Assembly: GCA_963765895.1 (NCBI GenBank)
Contig: CAVXZB010000084.1
Coordinates: 352,001 to 416,000, forward strand
Source of the DNA: an uncultured Nitrososphaeraceae archaeon
GTDB lineage: Archaea; Thermoproteota; Nitrososphaeria; Nitrososphaerales; Nitrososphaeraceae
Length of the DNA: 64,000 nucleotides
Direction: 5' to 3'
The position numbers were made by a program, and so were the translations under genes. Under the pieces are notes generated by a model. That model saw only the letters and a program-made list of their open reading frames with translations, searched no databases and had not been told where the DNA came from. This document shows, in pieces, positions 1-11,279 of this stretch (positions are counted from its first letter, which is position 1; every line of letters begins with the position of its first letter).

Positions 1-1
1 C

Positions 2-40
2 GACTGATATCCCGAAAGGGATAGTCCTTTTTCTTTTCTC
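2..40 (+). terminator. GAAA-tetraloop hairpin followed by a T/C tract, probable terminator of a gene upstream of the window
   Basis: TATCCC-GAAA-GGGATA then CCTTTTTCTTTTCT; the same core recurs at 779-810. Confidence 0.5.
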
Positions 41-389
41 TTAGAAATTAGCTATCTGTCTGTACATATTTTTGTTTTTATAAAACAAACATGCCAATAT
101 GTCTTTATATCTATCCCTTTGGCTGTCCAATTCAAATGAGGAAGAATGACTCGAAAGTGCATTTGTATGGATGCAAATAACAGATAGAGATTTTTTGACT
201 ATCAAAGAATAAGATAAAATAGAGCAACATTTTGAAGGTTTACCAAAATTCCTGATTTTTATATCTATCAGTAGCTAACTGTTTTCCTCTATAAGAAATA
301 TTATTACTTGTAGTTATAATTCATTAATAGGAATCATCTTGCAGAAAGCACAAGTCTGAAAGTTAATTAACTATTTTCTTAAATATTTA

Positions 390-710
390 ATGAGAAAAAT
401 GAACAAAAATACATCAATAGTATTGATTGCGGCTGTAGCCGGAATCATGATAGCAGGTACATTCGTGGTAGCAGTGCCATCCGTAGCGTTTGCAAAAGAA
501 AAGGGTGGCATCGCTGGAGCTGGTGGAGCTGGCGGTGTAGCAGGAAATAACAATAGAGGTATTGGTGGAGCCGGTGGATCTGGCGGTACAGCTGGTGACG
601 GCGGTGACGGTGGTAACGGTGTTTTCAGCGCTGGCGGTGACGGCGGTCGCGGCGGAGATGCAAATGGCGGTTACGGCGGAGATGCAAATGATGGTCACGG
701 TCACGCTTGA
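390..710 (+). CDS. Small secreted glycine-rich (GGX-repeat) protein
   Basis: Signal peptide ending SVAFA; mature part is GGAGG/GGDGG repeats with an HGHA tail. Confidence 0.8.
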   Translation: MRKMNKNTSIVLIAAVAGIMIAGTFVVAVPSVAFAKEKGGIAGAGGAGGVAGNNNRGIGGAGGSGGTAGDGGDGGNGVFSAGGDGGRGGDANGGYGGDANDGHGHA

Positions 711-778
711 CAAAGTGAATGCAACAATAGATCTGAGCTGAAATAAATCCAGCAGACTACTTCAACCAAAATCTATGA

Positions 779-810
779 ATCCCGAAAGGGAAACCGTTCT
801 TTTTCTTTAG
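779..810 (+). terminator. GAAA-tetraloop hairpin plus T tract downstream of the Gly-rich gene
   Basis: TCCC-GAAA-GGGA ... TTCTTTTTCTTT about 70 nt after the stop codon. Confidence 0.5.
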
Positions 811-1190
811 AAGTTAACAATTTGTGCTTGGCTTATTTCTGTTGCACTGGCATTCCATCAGTCAATGTATTCCAATCTCTCATAAGCTAATAAATATCCT
901 TGATGGAATTCATAAGTGCGCCTTTTCTCATTTAGACAGCCTGATCGTACGTGTAAGCACTCTTCACAATTGTTCTAATCGTAGACCGCTTAATTTTGGC
1001 CAGAATTATATCCATCGCTGTATTGCTAATGATCAGATTCGTGCGCAAAAGTGTTAGATGTCAGTTTGGTAAGGCAAGGGAGAGACACATAAATTTGCAA
1101 ACGAAATATATGATGAATCACAGTAACGAATATTATCAATACTAAATTTCTTGCGTTACTCTAGCGAGGAGCATAGATATGACTTAATTC

Positions 1191-1766
1191 TTACTCTAAG
1201 ATTTGATTCATCCGCATTGGTACAGGATGTCTGGCAATCGCCGAAGCAGACCTCTTGTCTGCAGAAGACATTTGTTTTTCAGTTTCATTATATATAGCTC
1301 TTTTTGCGCTGAGTATTCTTTTCAGTTCATGATTATCTACCAGCATATCAACTATTTTTTCACGTTCTTCATCTGGTATTCCTGAATTTGATTTCGTCTC
1401 AAGGGCATCAATCGCTTTAAGTTTCCAATGGTCATGAATCGCCTGATCGATTAATGCAGTAACACTATACGCAATTTTACCTAATGACGTAAGTAGATAT
1501 TTTCCGTTAGATCTTTTTACCAGGCCAGAGGAGATTAAGTTAGATATTCGTGAATAATATTGCTTTCTAGTAAGCTTGACTTTTGATATTAATAGTTGAG
1601 TATTAATTAATTCACCGCTATCTGTGGGATAAATGGTATCATCGGCAGTGGCAGAGGCAATGATTTTAAATAGGTCTAATGATTTATCATCAGAAAGCGC
1701 TCCCAATATTGAAACGGTCGAGTGTTTTTCCCCTTTAGTATCAGTTGATCCTGTGGTAGTCATCAC
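1191..1766 (-). CDS. Winged-helix transcriptional regulator (Nitrososphaera-type)
   Basis: LTRKQYYSRISNLISSGLVKRSNGKYLLTSLG wHTH pattern; paralogous to the N-terminus of 3239..4201. Confidence 0.75.
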   Translation of the reverse strand: MMTTTGSTDTKGEKHSTVSILGALSDDKSLDLFKIIASATADDTIYPTDSGELINTQLLISKVKLTRKQYYSRISNLISSGLVKRSNGKYLLTSLGKIAYSVTALIDQAIHDHWKLKAIDALETKSNSGIPDEEREKIVDMLVDNHELKRILSAKRAIYNETEKQMSSADKRSASAIARHPVPMRMNQILE

Positions 1767-2223
1767 CCTTAAAAGTGGTCAAATCTATTTAAGCATAAAG
1801 TCCAGAGATTTTGTATTTATTATTACTAAATTTGCCGAAATATGGAATAACTGGGTAAAATGACTAAAACGGAGTCTTCTGCAACAAGAATCACTTGTAA
1901 TCCATTAGATTGTTTTCAGACTATTGTAATAATACCTTGACCCGTCAGGCTAACACTATTCAAGCTCTTCAGGAGAAATTGTTGATCGGACTGGCAAGAT
2001 TAAATGTTATTTAATCACATTTGCTATTCAGTACGAAAATGTCTTGCATGAATTAATTGTTCAGAGTGAAGTGAAGCGTTGGTACGGAAATGATCAATTA
2101 TACTCATTTCCACTATATATTTACTATCATTGGTGACTTTTCTCAATGTTTTAGGGATATTAAATCATTTTACTATTGTAAATCTATATTAATAAAGAAA
2201 ATAGTAAAAACTAACGATATATA

Positions 2224-3207
2224 GTGACTGAACTAAATTTTAGAGAGGATTTAGAGAATGATAATTGCAGCATATGTACAGCTAGGCCATTTCATCGGCA
2301 ATTCAGCGATCTGATTCAAATATTTGTTTATTATGTAAAGGCTAGGACACCTCCGGTATACTGCTTTCCCATTGCAACAGTTCTATCATTCCTGTTGATT
2401 TCTAAAATGCATATACTAGAAGATGCCGTTGTAGTATTTGGTATAGGTATTACAAGCTATCTTTTAGGACTAGCCACCTACGTCTATAATGACTTAACTG
2501 ATATCAACGTGGATCAGATAAATAGAAAGGAGCAATCGATTATAACACAAAATCAGTCCAGGCGTGGACTGATAATTCTTGTAAGTTTCCTATTTACTTT
2601 AGCGGCAACAATATCTTATGTTATTAGTCCTTATGCTTTTCTTATTTCTATCATATTTATTGTCTTGGGTATTTTCTATTCTCATCCCAAGTTCAGCTTG
2701 AAGAGCAAATTCCCTTTAAAAACTATCGTTACTGCAACAGGAGCAGGACTTTTATCTTTGCTAGGTGGCGCAGCTGCTATTGGCAATGGATTAGAATATA
2801 GTACTATGCTTAATTCCACAATTCTACCCTTATCAACGATCTACTTAGCAATTTCGTTTTCTATATTCTATTTTATTCAGTCGCCTATGGGTGATATTGC
2901 AGATATTATGGGGGATCGAGCTGCAGGTAGGAATACCTTTCCGCTAGTTCTAGGCATGAACAGGACCCTGGCGGTCATGTTATCTGTACCGTTCGTCATG
3001 CTAACTATGAATGGATTGTGCTTTAACCTTGTACATATTAGCGTTCATGGAACGATTGCGATAGTAAGTACATGTCTGCTAGTTGTAGGATTTATTGGAT
3101 GGATAAGCAATCGGCTGCATGATCCATCGCTTATTAAATCAAAAAGAAATAATGTAAGATATCTCAATATACTTATGCAGATATCCCTATTGATAGCTCT
3201 AATCTAG
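2224..3207 (+). CDS. UbiA-family membrane prenyltransferase
   Basis: Asp-rich motifs NDLTDINVDQIN and DIADIMGDRAAGRNTFP; multiple TM helices; start codon uncertain. Confidence 0.85.
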   Translation: MTELNFREDLENDNCSICTARPFHRQFSDLIQIFVYYVKARTPPVYCFPIATVLSFLLISKMHILEDAVVVFGIGITSYLLGLATYVYNDLTDINVDQINRKEQSIITQNQSRRGLIILVSFLFTLAATISYVISPYAFLISIIFIVLGIFYSHPKFSLKSKFPLKTIVTATGAGLLSLLGGAAAIGNGLEYSTMLNSTILPLSTIYLAISFSIFYFIQSPMGDIADIMGDRAAGRNTFPLVLGMNRTLAVMLSVPFVMLTMNGLCFNLVHISVHGTIAIVSTCLLVVGFIGWISNRLHDPSLIKSKRNNVRYLNILMQISLLIALI

Positions 3208-3238
3208 CTAATCTAAGCTAATCTAGATTGTTGTCTGC

Positions 3239-4201
3239 TTATGCTGGAGAAGGAGCAAGATATCTATTACTTGCGGAAGCTTCTGAGGCCGCATATGGCA
3301 GGTCATCAGAACTAGAACTAGATTCCCAAATTTTTTGGTAGTAGCTAGTCATGACTTGAGCTATCTTTTCATCCCGCACGAAAATTACTCCATTAAACGT
3401 TTTTGTGTCATTAGCATGGATGAGTTCTATTCCGACCTCTTTACGATCCAAAACGATCATACTAAAGGGAAGATCGGCGGCTCTTCTATCTATATTACCT
3501 GGATACCAGGGATTACCAACAACAGTACTACGTTCCGAGGCGTTCTTATCTTTTATGCCCACCATATTCTGCTGAAACTGTTCAAAAAACTTTCTCACAA
3601 GGGATTTATCACTAATGACTTTCGCCTTAACCCCTGCTTGTACCTTATGCAACATACTATTAATTATTAACTCGTTGGTATATTTGGAAGCTAGAAGGAT
3701 CTCATCCTTGCATAACTCTATTCTTTGGATAATCGCTGCAACCATGTCTTCATATTTCCAGATGATGTCTACATGTACGTTATTGTCCGAGTACTGGATA
3801 GAATTATTATTTTCAGATATTAGTTTGCCAACAAAGCCTTTGATATCTTCATCTGAGAACTCCTTGGAGGTTTTTAGGGCATCGATCATTTTAAAATGCT
3901 TAGTATTTCTTATCTGATGCATCAATTCCAGATGTTTCTGATATACTATACTTCCAAGCGTAGTATGAATATATGCTCCTTCAGATTTTCTTACAAGTCC
4001 TACCGTTATGAGTTGTTTCAATCTTGTATAATATGTTTTTTTTGGGATACCTAGCTGCTGTGGAGCAGTCAAATCTGCATTTAACCCTTTCTCGGCAGCC
4101 GCACTCATAAATATGGCCAGATTATCTCTTCTTGATAAGACTGACAGTAACTTTAGGCTGTTTTTTACCGTTGTTTGGTCAAAAAGTAGATTTTTGTTCA
4201 T
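3239..4201 (-). CDS. wHTH regulator with C-terminal TrmB/PLD-like effector domain
   Basis: KKTYYTRLKQLITVGLVRK HTH; C-terminal GVKAKVI...SMIVLDRKEV...YYQKIW pattern. Confidence 0.75.
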   Translation of the reverse strand: MNKNLLFDQTTVKNSLKLLSVLSRRDNLAIFMSAAAEKGLNADLTAPQQLGIPKKTYYTRLKQLITVGLVRKSEGAYIHTTLGSIVYQKHLELMHQIRNTKHFKMIDALKTSKEFSDEDIKGFVGKLISENNNSIQYSDNNVHVDIIWKYEDMVAAIIQRIELCKDEILLASKYTNELIINSMLHKVQAGVKAKVISDKSLVRKFFEQFQQNMVGIKDKNASERSTVVGNPWYPGNIDRRAADLPFSMIVLDRKEVGIELIHANDTKTFNGVIFVRDEKIAQVMTSYYQKIWESSSSSDDLPYAASEASASNRYLAPSPA

Positions 4202-4517
4202 TAGTGAGGACTTTGCCTCATTTATGAGGCGTTTTACTTAAAAAGATTTCTGATCATGATACTTTTTCAAAGAAGAAAAATAGTACATACAATTATTCTT
4301 TTTTGGAATTTGTTAGCTTGGAGAGATTTTGCGAAAAGCTTGTATACAGATGCAGATAACTTTAACATTTAGTATCTTTCCTGTTTGACAAGTATATGGA
4401 CTACAAATACCCTACCCAGTAAGTCCCATTAGGCCAGTCCTATTAGAACGGCTCAAATTACACTGGACTAATAACAAATTCTCTGGAGCCTATAAATAAT
4501 ATTACAACTAGCTCTTA

Positions 4518-5534
4518 ATGAGAGGACAGATTTTGCAGAATAACTCGCCTACTACAATGGATGATAATCGTAGTGATACCCGTACCTCAGACTATTATTC
4601 CACTAATATAGCTGAAGCAATCAGTGACAAATCAGATGCACAACCTCTCGCAGAAGATGAGCGTTCCCAATCTTACCAATCATTAGTTGATAGCTATGAT
4701 AGACTGATAAAATACGTTGAAAGATTGGAAGATTCTGTTAATGAGCTCAAAAAGAGGAATAACGAATTGAATGACTTTGTGAGTATAGGTGCTCACGAGC
4801 TGAAGGCTCCCTTAATGCCAATTTTGGGAATTACGGAATTATTGGAACTAGAGTTAGGGGAGACTGGTAAAAACGAAATACGTGTAAGAAAGGATGAGGT
4901 AGAGAGTATTATCCGCAATGCACATAGATTGTCGAAAATCGCCTCTGAAATTTTAGATGTTACAAAGATAGAGAGCCGATTGCTAGTTCTTAGAAAGAAA
5001 GTCTTTGATTTAAATGAATTAATTCTCAAAACTATAAATGATTACAAAAAAATCGCTCTGCAAAAGAATGTAAAAATAATATATCAACAACACAATGGGA
5101 TCACTAGTCCAAGTTTAGGAGTTGGTCTAAAAGCTAACAATGGAACAAAGACATTTGTATTCGCAGACATAGGACGAGTAGCTCAAGTTATTTCAAATCT
5201 TCTAGATAACGCAGTTAGATATACTGAAAGTGGGGGAAATATTACCGTATCCATGACGAAAAAAATCAGCAAAAGTGGTAATAGAAAAGATCAAAAACAA
5301 TGCGAATCTATAATGGATGTTACAGATTCAGGTTCAGGCATAGATCGTGAACTATTAGAAGGTGATCGGCTTTTTTCCAAGTTTAGTTCAAAGTATCCAT
5401 CAGGAACTGGGCTTGGCTTGTATATATCAAAGAAGATTGTAGAAGCTCATGAGGGAAAAATTTGGGCCCAAAACAATCCTGATAAGAAAGGAGCGTCATT
5501 CAAATTTACATTGCCCTTACGACTATCCTGCTAG
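4518..5534 (+). CDS. Cytoplasmic sensor histidine kinase (HisKA + HATPase_c) with little or no sensor domain
   Basis: H-box AHELKAPL, N-box NLLDNAVRY, G1 DSGSGI, G2 GTGLGLYI. Confidence 0.92.
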   Translation: MRGQILQNNSPTTMDDNRSDTRTSDYYSTNIAEAISDKSDAQPLAEDERSQSYQSLVDSYDRLIKYVERLEDSVNELKKRNNELNDFVSIGAHELKAPLMPILGITELLELELGETGKNEIRVRKDEVESIIRNAHRLSKIASEILDVTKIESRLLVLRKKVFDLNELILKTINDYKKIALQKNVKIIYQQHNGITSPSLGVGLKANNGTKTFVFADIGRVAQVISNLLDNAVRYTESGGNITVSMTKKISKSGNRKDQKQCESIMDVTDSGSGIDRELLEGDRLFSKFSSKYPSGTGLGLYISKKIVEAHEGKIWAQNNPDKKGASFKFTLPLRLSC

Positions 5535-6394
5535 CCTTAATTTGATATTTTATGTATTTTCGTCTTGGCCTTCCATACATGTTTTTGTGACGACAAGACA
5601 AGAATGATAATATTTGGTTATCCACAACTGTCAGACTCTGAATTCTTTTGCGATCAATAACCATTTTTATTAATATTCACTATATAGCATGTGAATGTGT
5701 TATAAACAGAGGGACGGCAATACAAAAACATGGGTTCGAATCAGCGATGCTATGCAAGCTATCTTGAATACGACTATCTAGGTTAAAATAAAATCACATG
5801 ATTATAGATAGCCTTTCAAAATCAGTATAGCTCTCTACAAATAGCTACCAACACTAGTAGGTCCAGACTAAACAAAATTAAAAGTAGGTGGCACTGGATA
5901 ATAAAATCTGGAAAAAAAATAAAAGACAAAATATTAACCAAGTTACATACTTTCTTAGTGTCATGTATATGATTTAAAATTCAGCTAGCTCTAATGCTCA
6001 GTCTAATTGAGGAGATTAATAATTACCTCAACCTAATATTTGATACTCTACAAAAATGTTTTTATCTTAAATGGAAACGATCTCCAGAAAGCTATTGACC
6101 TAGCCATTATTGATAATATCCTTATTTAGGTCATGGTTTGTGCTATTCTAATTTTGTGGCGCATAATCCTTTAAAATTTATTATGTTCATCCTAAGTTTT
6201 CCAAATCGGGGTTTGAATATTACTAGTGTACAATTGGTTAGAGTTTTCCTTATTAGTATACACTGTTCAAATGTACAATCTGTTGCTGTAGGTCGCCGTA
6301 AACCAGTACTCATTTAATTAATTATAGGCTAAGGTTGGTTAGCACAAATAGCGTTAACAAATTAATAAATAGTATATTTTACACTGGTCTTTTA

Positions 6395-6874
6395 ATGAAC
6401 AAATTAACTTTGGCCATCCCAATCGGATTTATGTTAGTGATTGGAGCCGTGGCAACGACAGGTCTGTCGAATGCTTTCGCACAATCGGCAAACGATAAAA
6501 GTGGGACTATTTCTAGCACTCAAAACGGAGCCAACGGCAAGCCCGAATGGAAAGTCGATGGCACATGGACCTTTACTGGCCTAGATTCTAAATCCCCGAA
6601 ATTTGACGCTGCATTTGGTATGCAAATGCTAAACGGCTCTGCAAAACACAAACATACAATAAATGATTTCAAGTTGGTAGGTAGTCCTAATAAAAGTAGT
6701 GATGGTACTGTTTATAACGGAACTGCTACAGTATCACTGAAAAAAGGGCCAGTTAACAACGTACCTGTTGCTATAAAGATAACAAATAGTGGAGACTTTA
6801 GCTTGAAAGTTGATCCGAAACTTACTGGAAACCACTTTGGAGATACTCCAATACAAGGTAAAGTAAAAGCATAA
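6395..6874 (+). CDS. Secreted hypothetical protein (Nitrososphaera-type beta-rich family)
   Basis: Signal peptide from ATG 6395 ending NAFA; KHKHTI and NHFGDTPIQG motifs. Confidence 0.75.
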   Translation: MNKLTLAIPIGFMLVIGAVATTGLSNAFAQSANDKSGTISSTQNGANGKPEWKVDGTWTFTGLDSKSPKFDAAFGMQMLNGSAKHKHTINDFKLVGSPNKSSDGTVYNGTATVSLKKGPVNNVPVAIKITNSGDFSLKVDPKLTGNHFGDTPIQGKVKA

Positions 6875-6969
6875 TAAACAAAGTAGAACGGAATCAACAT
6901 AATTGTGAAGAATTATAGCAGCAAACAAGGGTAATCCCACCTCCCTTTTATTATCGAAATTCCTATTTT

Positions 6970-7330
6970 GTGAGCGCTGCTGTTGCAAATGCAATAGCAG
7001 GATTAGTTCATATTCTTATGCCCTTGATATTTGCAAATGGAATACTTCATCGCGTGCCAGGTGCCATATACTTTTTAGGCTCAGGCATAGCTCAGTTATT
7101 TTGGTTAATTCCCATGATAAGATAGTCGGGATGGCCTTGGTGTTATATCGGAATCATAGCGAACTTGGTGGTCATAATACTCGATACAGTAACAAGACTA
7201 GCTGGTAATTCTGTCACCGGCAAAGGAGGGGACATTGACGCTACTGATATGACGTACGAGCTTGCGCAGATTGTGTGTAATACTATAACAATAATAGGAA
7301 TTCATTTGTCGCAGTTCAACAACAACCGTT
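6970..7330 (+). pseudogene. Membrane protein gene with an in-frame amber stop
   Basis: Reads AIAGLVHILM...GIAQLFWLIPMIR*SGWPWCYIGII...TRL; TAG at 7123-7125; ends approximate. Confidence 0.6.
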
Positions 7331-7561
7331 CCTCCACAAACAATAATTTTTTTGTCCATTTTCTTTGTTTAAATGTTTATAGTATACGTTTTTTGATTTA
7401 ACTTAAAATGCAGCCATTGAGAGAATATGACGACGACTTATATACGGTTTATGCATGTACCAGTGTTGTTTCTGTGTCTGCAAGGCTAAAATAGCAGATA
7501 TTAAATCTATTAAAACTACTAAAACTTACAGTCGACTGAACTCATATAAATGCTATAAATG

Positions 7562-7714
7562 ATGGCCGTTCTTGAGAAATTATTAAAGATATTGGGTATT
7601 AGTTATATAACGACTAATGATAAGATGCATGAAATACAGACACAGCAAGATGAATTAACCCGTAAACTTGAAAAAATTTCTGATGACTTAAGCATGGTGT
7701 TTTGGCAGTTATAG
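7562..7714 (+). CDS. 50-aa coiled-coil-like microprotein (not in ORF track)
   Basis: MAVLEKLLKILGISYITTNDKMHEIQTQQDELTRKLEKISDDLSMVFWQL; TATA-like TATAAAT just upstream. Confidence 0.4.
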   Translation: MAVLEKLLKILGISYITTNDKMHEIQTQQDELTRKLEKISDDLSMVFWQL

Positions 7715-8039
7715 GCCCCGACCTGCCTGTGAACATTTGAATCAATCCATGGCAAGAGTTGCTACATCTCAACATTCGAAACACTTTGGACTTGAACTAA
7801 GTTGGAACAAGAATTACTCCGTTGCTTAGTTTACCATGAAATAGAATCTTGTATCACTATACTAATACCATAGATTATGCTGCATATTTAAAAGTAGAAA
7901 AGCCAGAACAATCTCCTTTCACAGTTACGAAACAAGCATGATTTTCTATGTCAAGTCTTTTGTGTTAGTATATAAAGAAATATGAGCAATTAAAGAGCTA
8001 TATATTAGAGCCGTTCTATATTGAAGTAGGTATATAAAA

Positions 8040-8141
8040 TTGATAATACAATGTCGACACTGTCATGCGCTAGCAGAAAACGAAACACTGAACTCACACT
8101 TGATTGAAAAATGTCCTTATTGCGGCGGGTTTTTTGCTTGA
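8040..8141 (+). CDS. 33-aa CPxCG-type zinc-finger microprotein (not in ORF track)
   Basis: TTG start; MIIQCRHCHALAENETLNSHLIEKCPYCGGFFA with CxxC and CPYCG. Confidence 0.6.
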   Translation: MIIQCRHCHALAENETLNSHLIEKCPYCGGFFA

Positions 8142-8968
8142 GAAACCGGCGATTAGCGGTTGATTGATTGGGGCTTTCCTAATTCAAAATTTAAAATAAT
8201 CAATAGTTATTCAGATAGGCAGGAAGTATCCCTTATTGGTAAGTGTTCAATTCAGCTATTAGCGCACGATGAAGATGGAATTGATTCCTCTATGTTCGAT
8301 CAGAGCTTTAAGTAGTGAAATGAGGATTTGATATATCATCATTATTTTTGCTTAGTTATGGTTATGTTAGTGCAAGTTCATTCTATACTACCTGATCGGA
8401 TTCCTGATGAAGGATATGGCTCATATACAGACAGAAAAAGAGAGCCGGATCTAGTCAAGGAGTCAGACAAGTAAAAAGATCTTTTTTATGTTAGATCTTG
8501 TCCGTTTTGTTTTATTGGTGATTGGTGTGACTATGATTACATAGCTTTAAGTAAGTGTCTGCATAAGCTGTGTTGAGTATTGATTGTATATCGTTTTAAC
8601 GGTGGGAAAGTTAGATACCCACGAAAAACAACTATGTTTGTAATATCAAGGATAATGAACAGTCGGGAAACATAAATTGGTGGTTTAACGAACTAGATTC
8701 ACTTGGAATTAAGAAAAACAGTAGCAATGTCAATAACGAAGACAAAAATAAAAAAAGTGAATTTGCAAATAGTCAACAGCTTGAAGATCTTACAGATGAT
8801 ATAAAGCAAAGGTTCATTCATAATTATAAGGCCAGCTATCGAGAATAATAATATTATTGGTGGTTAAGATAAAGGAATAGCTCAGGGAAAATACTAAGGT
8901 TCAGAGTGAGAAATGCAATAATTTCTTTTCTAGATTTAGACAATTAATGTAACATATGGAAGAATATC

Positions 8969-9295
8969 ATGCATATTATTAAGAGTATCAATCACGGCAA
9001 AGTCACTTTATCGTATTACAATACTATTTCTAACTCAGAGGACTATACTAAGATAACAGGGGAGGGAGAAGAACAAAATGAGATAGTATTCTCCTATAAC
9101 GATAACTAGAGAGAAATAAAAATTGGGTATTCTTCTAAATTAATGTATGAAGCTTTATCTACCCTACAAGCTGAGACAACTTTACCAACCATTCTTGCGA
9201 CGCCAACTCATTTTAGTCTAAAGAAATTAAATATAGACAACATGTCATCAGTAACTCTTTCAGCATCACATAAGTACAATAACAAGAAGGTATGA
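8969..9295 (+). pseudogene. Possible pseudogene: 108-codon frame broken by one TAG
   Basis: MHIIKSINHG...NDN*REIKIG...NKKV; TAG at 9107-9109; no recognisable family. Confidence 0.3.
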
Positions 9296-10715
9296 TCCGC
9301 TTCTACAAGCGGATACAATAATACTAATCAAAGTAAATGAGATGTCAACTTCATTTCATATTCACATAGTTTTTACTCGAACTGTGTTACATTCTTGAAT
9401 TAAAGGTCGATATTAGTGAGAGACTAATAATCCATGCTGGTATAAAATTACTCAGTGGCATGTCTGAGTTTTCATTATTTCTTAAGTGTACTAACCCTCA
9501 ATTACCAAATGGTTTAAGCCTGAAGAGATCACATGATACTAAAGAAAATACCGCCGGCCTTCCGGCTTTAGTAGCCGCAATACATATGCTTTACTACCCA
9601 TTTCATGGATTCGGCGCCAGCTTTAGTTATTTATTACCGCATATTCAACTAAATTTTTTTGAACAAAATGGGAAAGGAACTCAGGGTTATACCAATCAAT
9701 AAACAACCCATTAATCAATATTGAGCTTTTCTCTTTATCATACCGTCACAAATGTGACACTCGGTAAGGATTACAAATAATTGGTGTCAGATTTCTGACA
9801 GCAATTGTAAGGCTGGGGTTTATAATCACTAGGATACCCGAGTCTAAACAGCTTGTATCGATTTTGAATTATCAATGCACATGCACACCATATTAACAAA
9901 TGGTTTTAAGAAATCTTATTTATAAATAAAAATAATAAACCTCCCATCTATCTCGCCTCGATAAAGCCACTTTTACGACTATCTGACCGGATAACATAAC
10001 CTTCAAGGTTGTTTTGCCAGCTAGTTGTGATTGAGCGAACCCAGTCAAGCAAGAAAACAACCTGAAATATATCCGAATACTCCTAAAGGCTTCGTGTTTT
10101 CACTATTGGCATTATATTCAATAAGTAATAAATTGACTAAAGCTCTGCAATAAAAAGAGTTGACATAACTAAGAAAATATCAAATAATAAGAGTAGCCGT
10201 AGATGACTGCTTCTTAACAATAATTATTCATATACCTGTATGAATATGCCTACAAAGTTCAGTACGTATACACTAGTCTAATTAAGCTAAATAATCGTTT
10301 GGTAATGGATAATGACTTCATTGCAGCGTCTAATGACATAAGAGTAATCATGCCACTCATTCCAGATACATTTACATAGTAACAAAAGTCATTTATACTT
10401 AATAATGCTTGTTGAATGCGTGAATTTGTAGCACCAACTCTACCTAGATTCACATATTGTGAGGATTACTGGTATAATCAAAGCTAAATTAATTTAACAT
10501 ATTGAGTAAAACTGATTTGAATTATCATAGAACCATAGACAATTCATTGTCAATGTAACTCAGGGCCTTGATGCTCCTGAATAATACCAATTATTAATTG
10601 AGATAATGAAATGTTACTACATAAACGAATTTATTTGGCTAAATACAATTCTTGATTGCAATACAAAAATAAGTTGGTTAGATTTCAATAGGGACAGCAG
10701 ATATGATGAAACCAC

Positions 10716-10853
10716 TTAGTGTCCGCAGCCGCATCCACTGTGTCCATGAGAGTGACCTTGATTCTCAGCGCACGATGGGCATAGCGTACTTGCGTTTTCA
10801 GATACGAATGTAACGCCACATGAAGCGCATTTTGCTTTTTGAATTTCTTGCAT
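10716..10853 (-). CDS. 45-aa zinc-ribbon microprotein with His/Cys-rich tail (not in ORF track)
   Basis: MQEIQKAKCASCGVTFVSENASTLCPSCAENQGHSHGHSGCGCGH. Confidence 0.8.
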   Translation of the reverse strand: MQEIQKAKCASCGVTFVSENASTLCPSCAENQGHSHGHSGCGCGH

Positions 10854-11279
10854 GATCTTTGGAGTACAATACGCAAATTAAAGTCTTTTGTATTGAGCAG
10901 CTCAGAAATGGATCTCATTAATCATTTACTCTTCCAATCCGATCTTTGCCGTTCGCAAATTGAATTTGATTACTCAGGTTTGATTCTGGGGGTTATATAA
11001 TACCTATAAAAAGTGTTTCTATGACATCACAAAGATAGTTAAACATTTTATACAGATACATGGCAATTACGTCACCATATAGACAGATTTTTATTATTCT
11101 CTACTTTGCTCGCAAATTATTGGTTATCGCGATACTAACTTATGTCCTATGTTGACAATAGGGATAATAATAGTAGTACGACTTGTATGACCTAGATTAA
11201 TCCTCTAGTTTGACGTGATTAAACGGTCGTCGAGTTTTTTTGAACCTTATAACAGTTTCTTTGACCTTTATATTTACCA

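Noticed and set aside
773-800. Hammerhead-like string CTATGAATCCCGAAAGGGAAAC (and CTGATATCCCGAAAGGGAT at 4-22)
   Set aside because: Lacks an intact CUGANGA core and a correctly placed GAAA with stems I and III; better explained as a 3' hairpin
5730-5745. GGGTTCGAATC tRNA T-loop-like motif
   Set aside because: No T-stem or cloverleaf around it
10685-10918. 77-aa ORF from the track
   Set aside because: An overlapping frame encodes a far more convincing Cys/His microprotein
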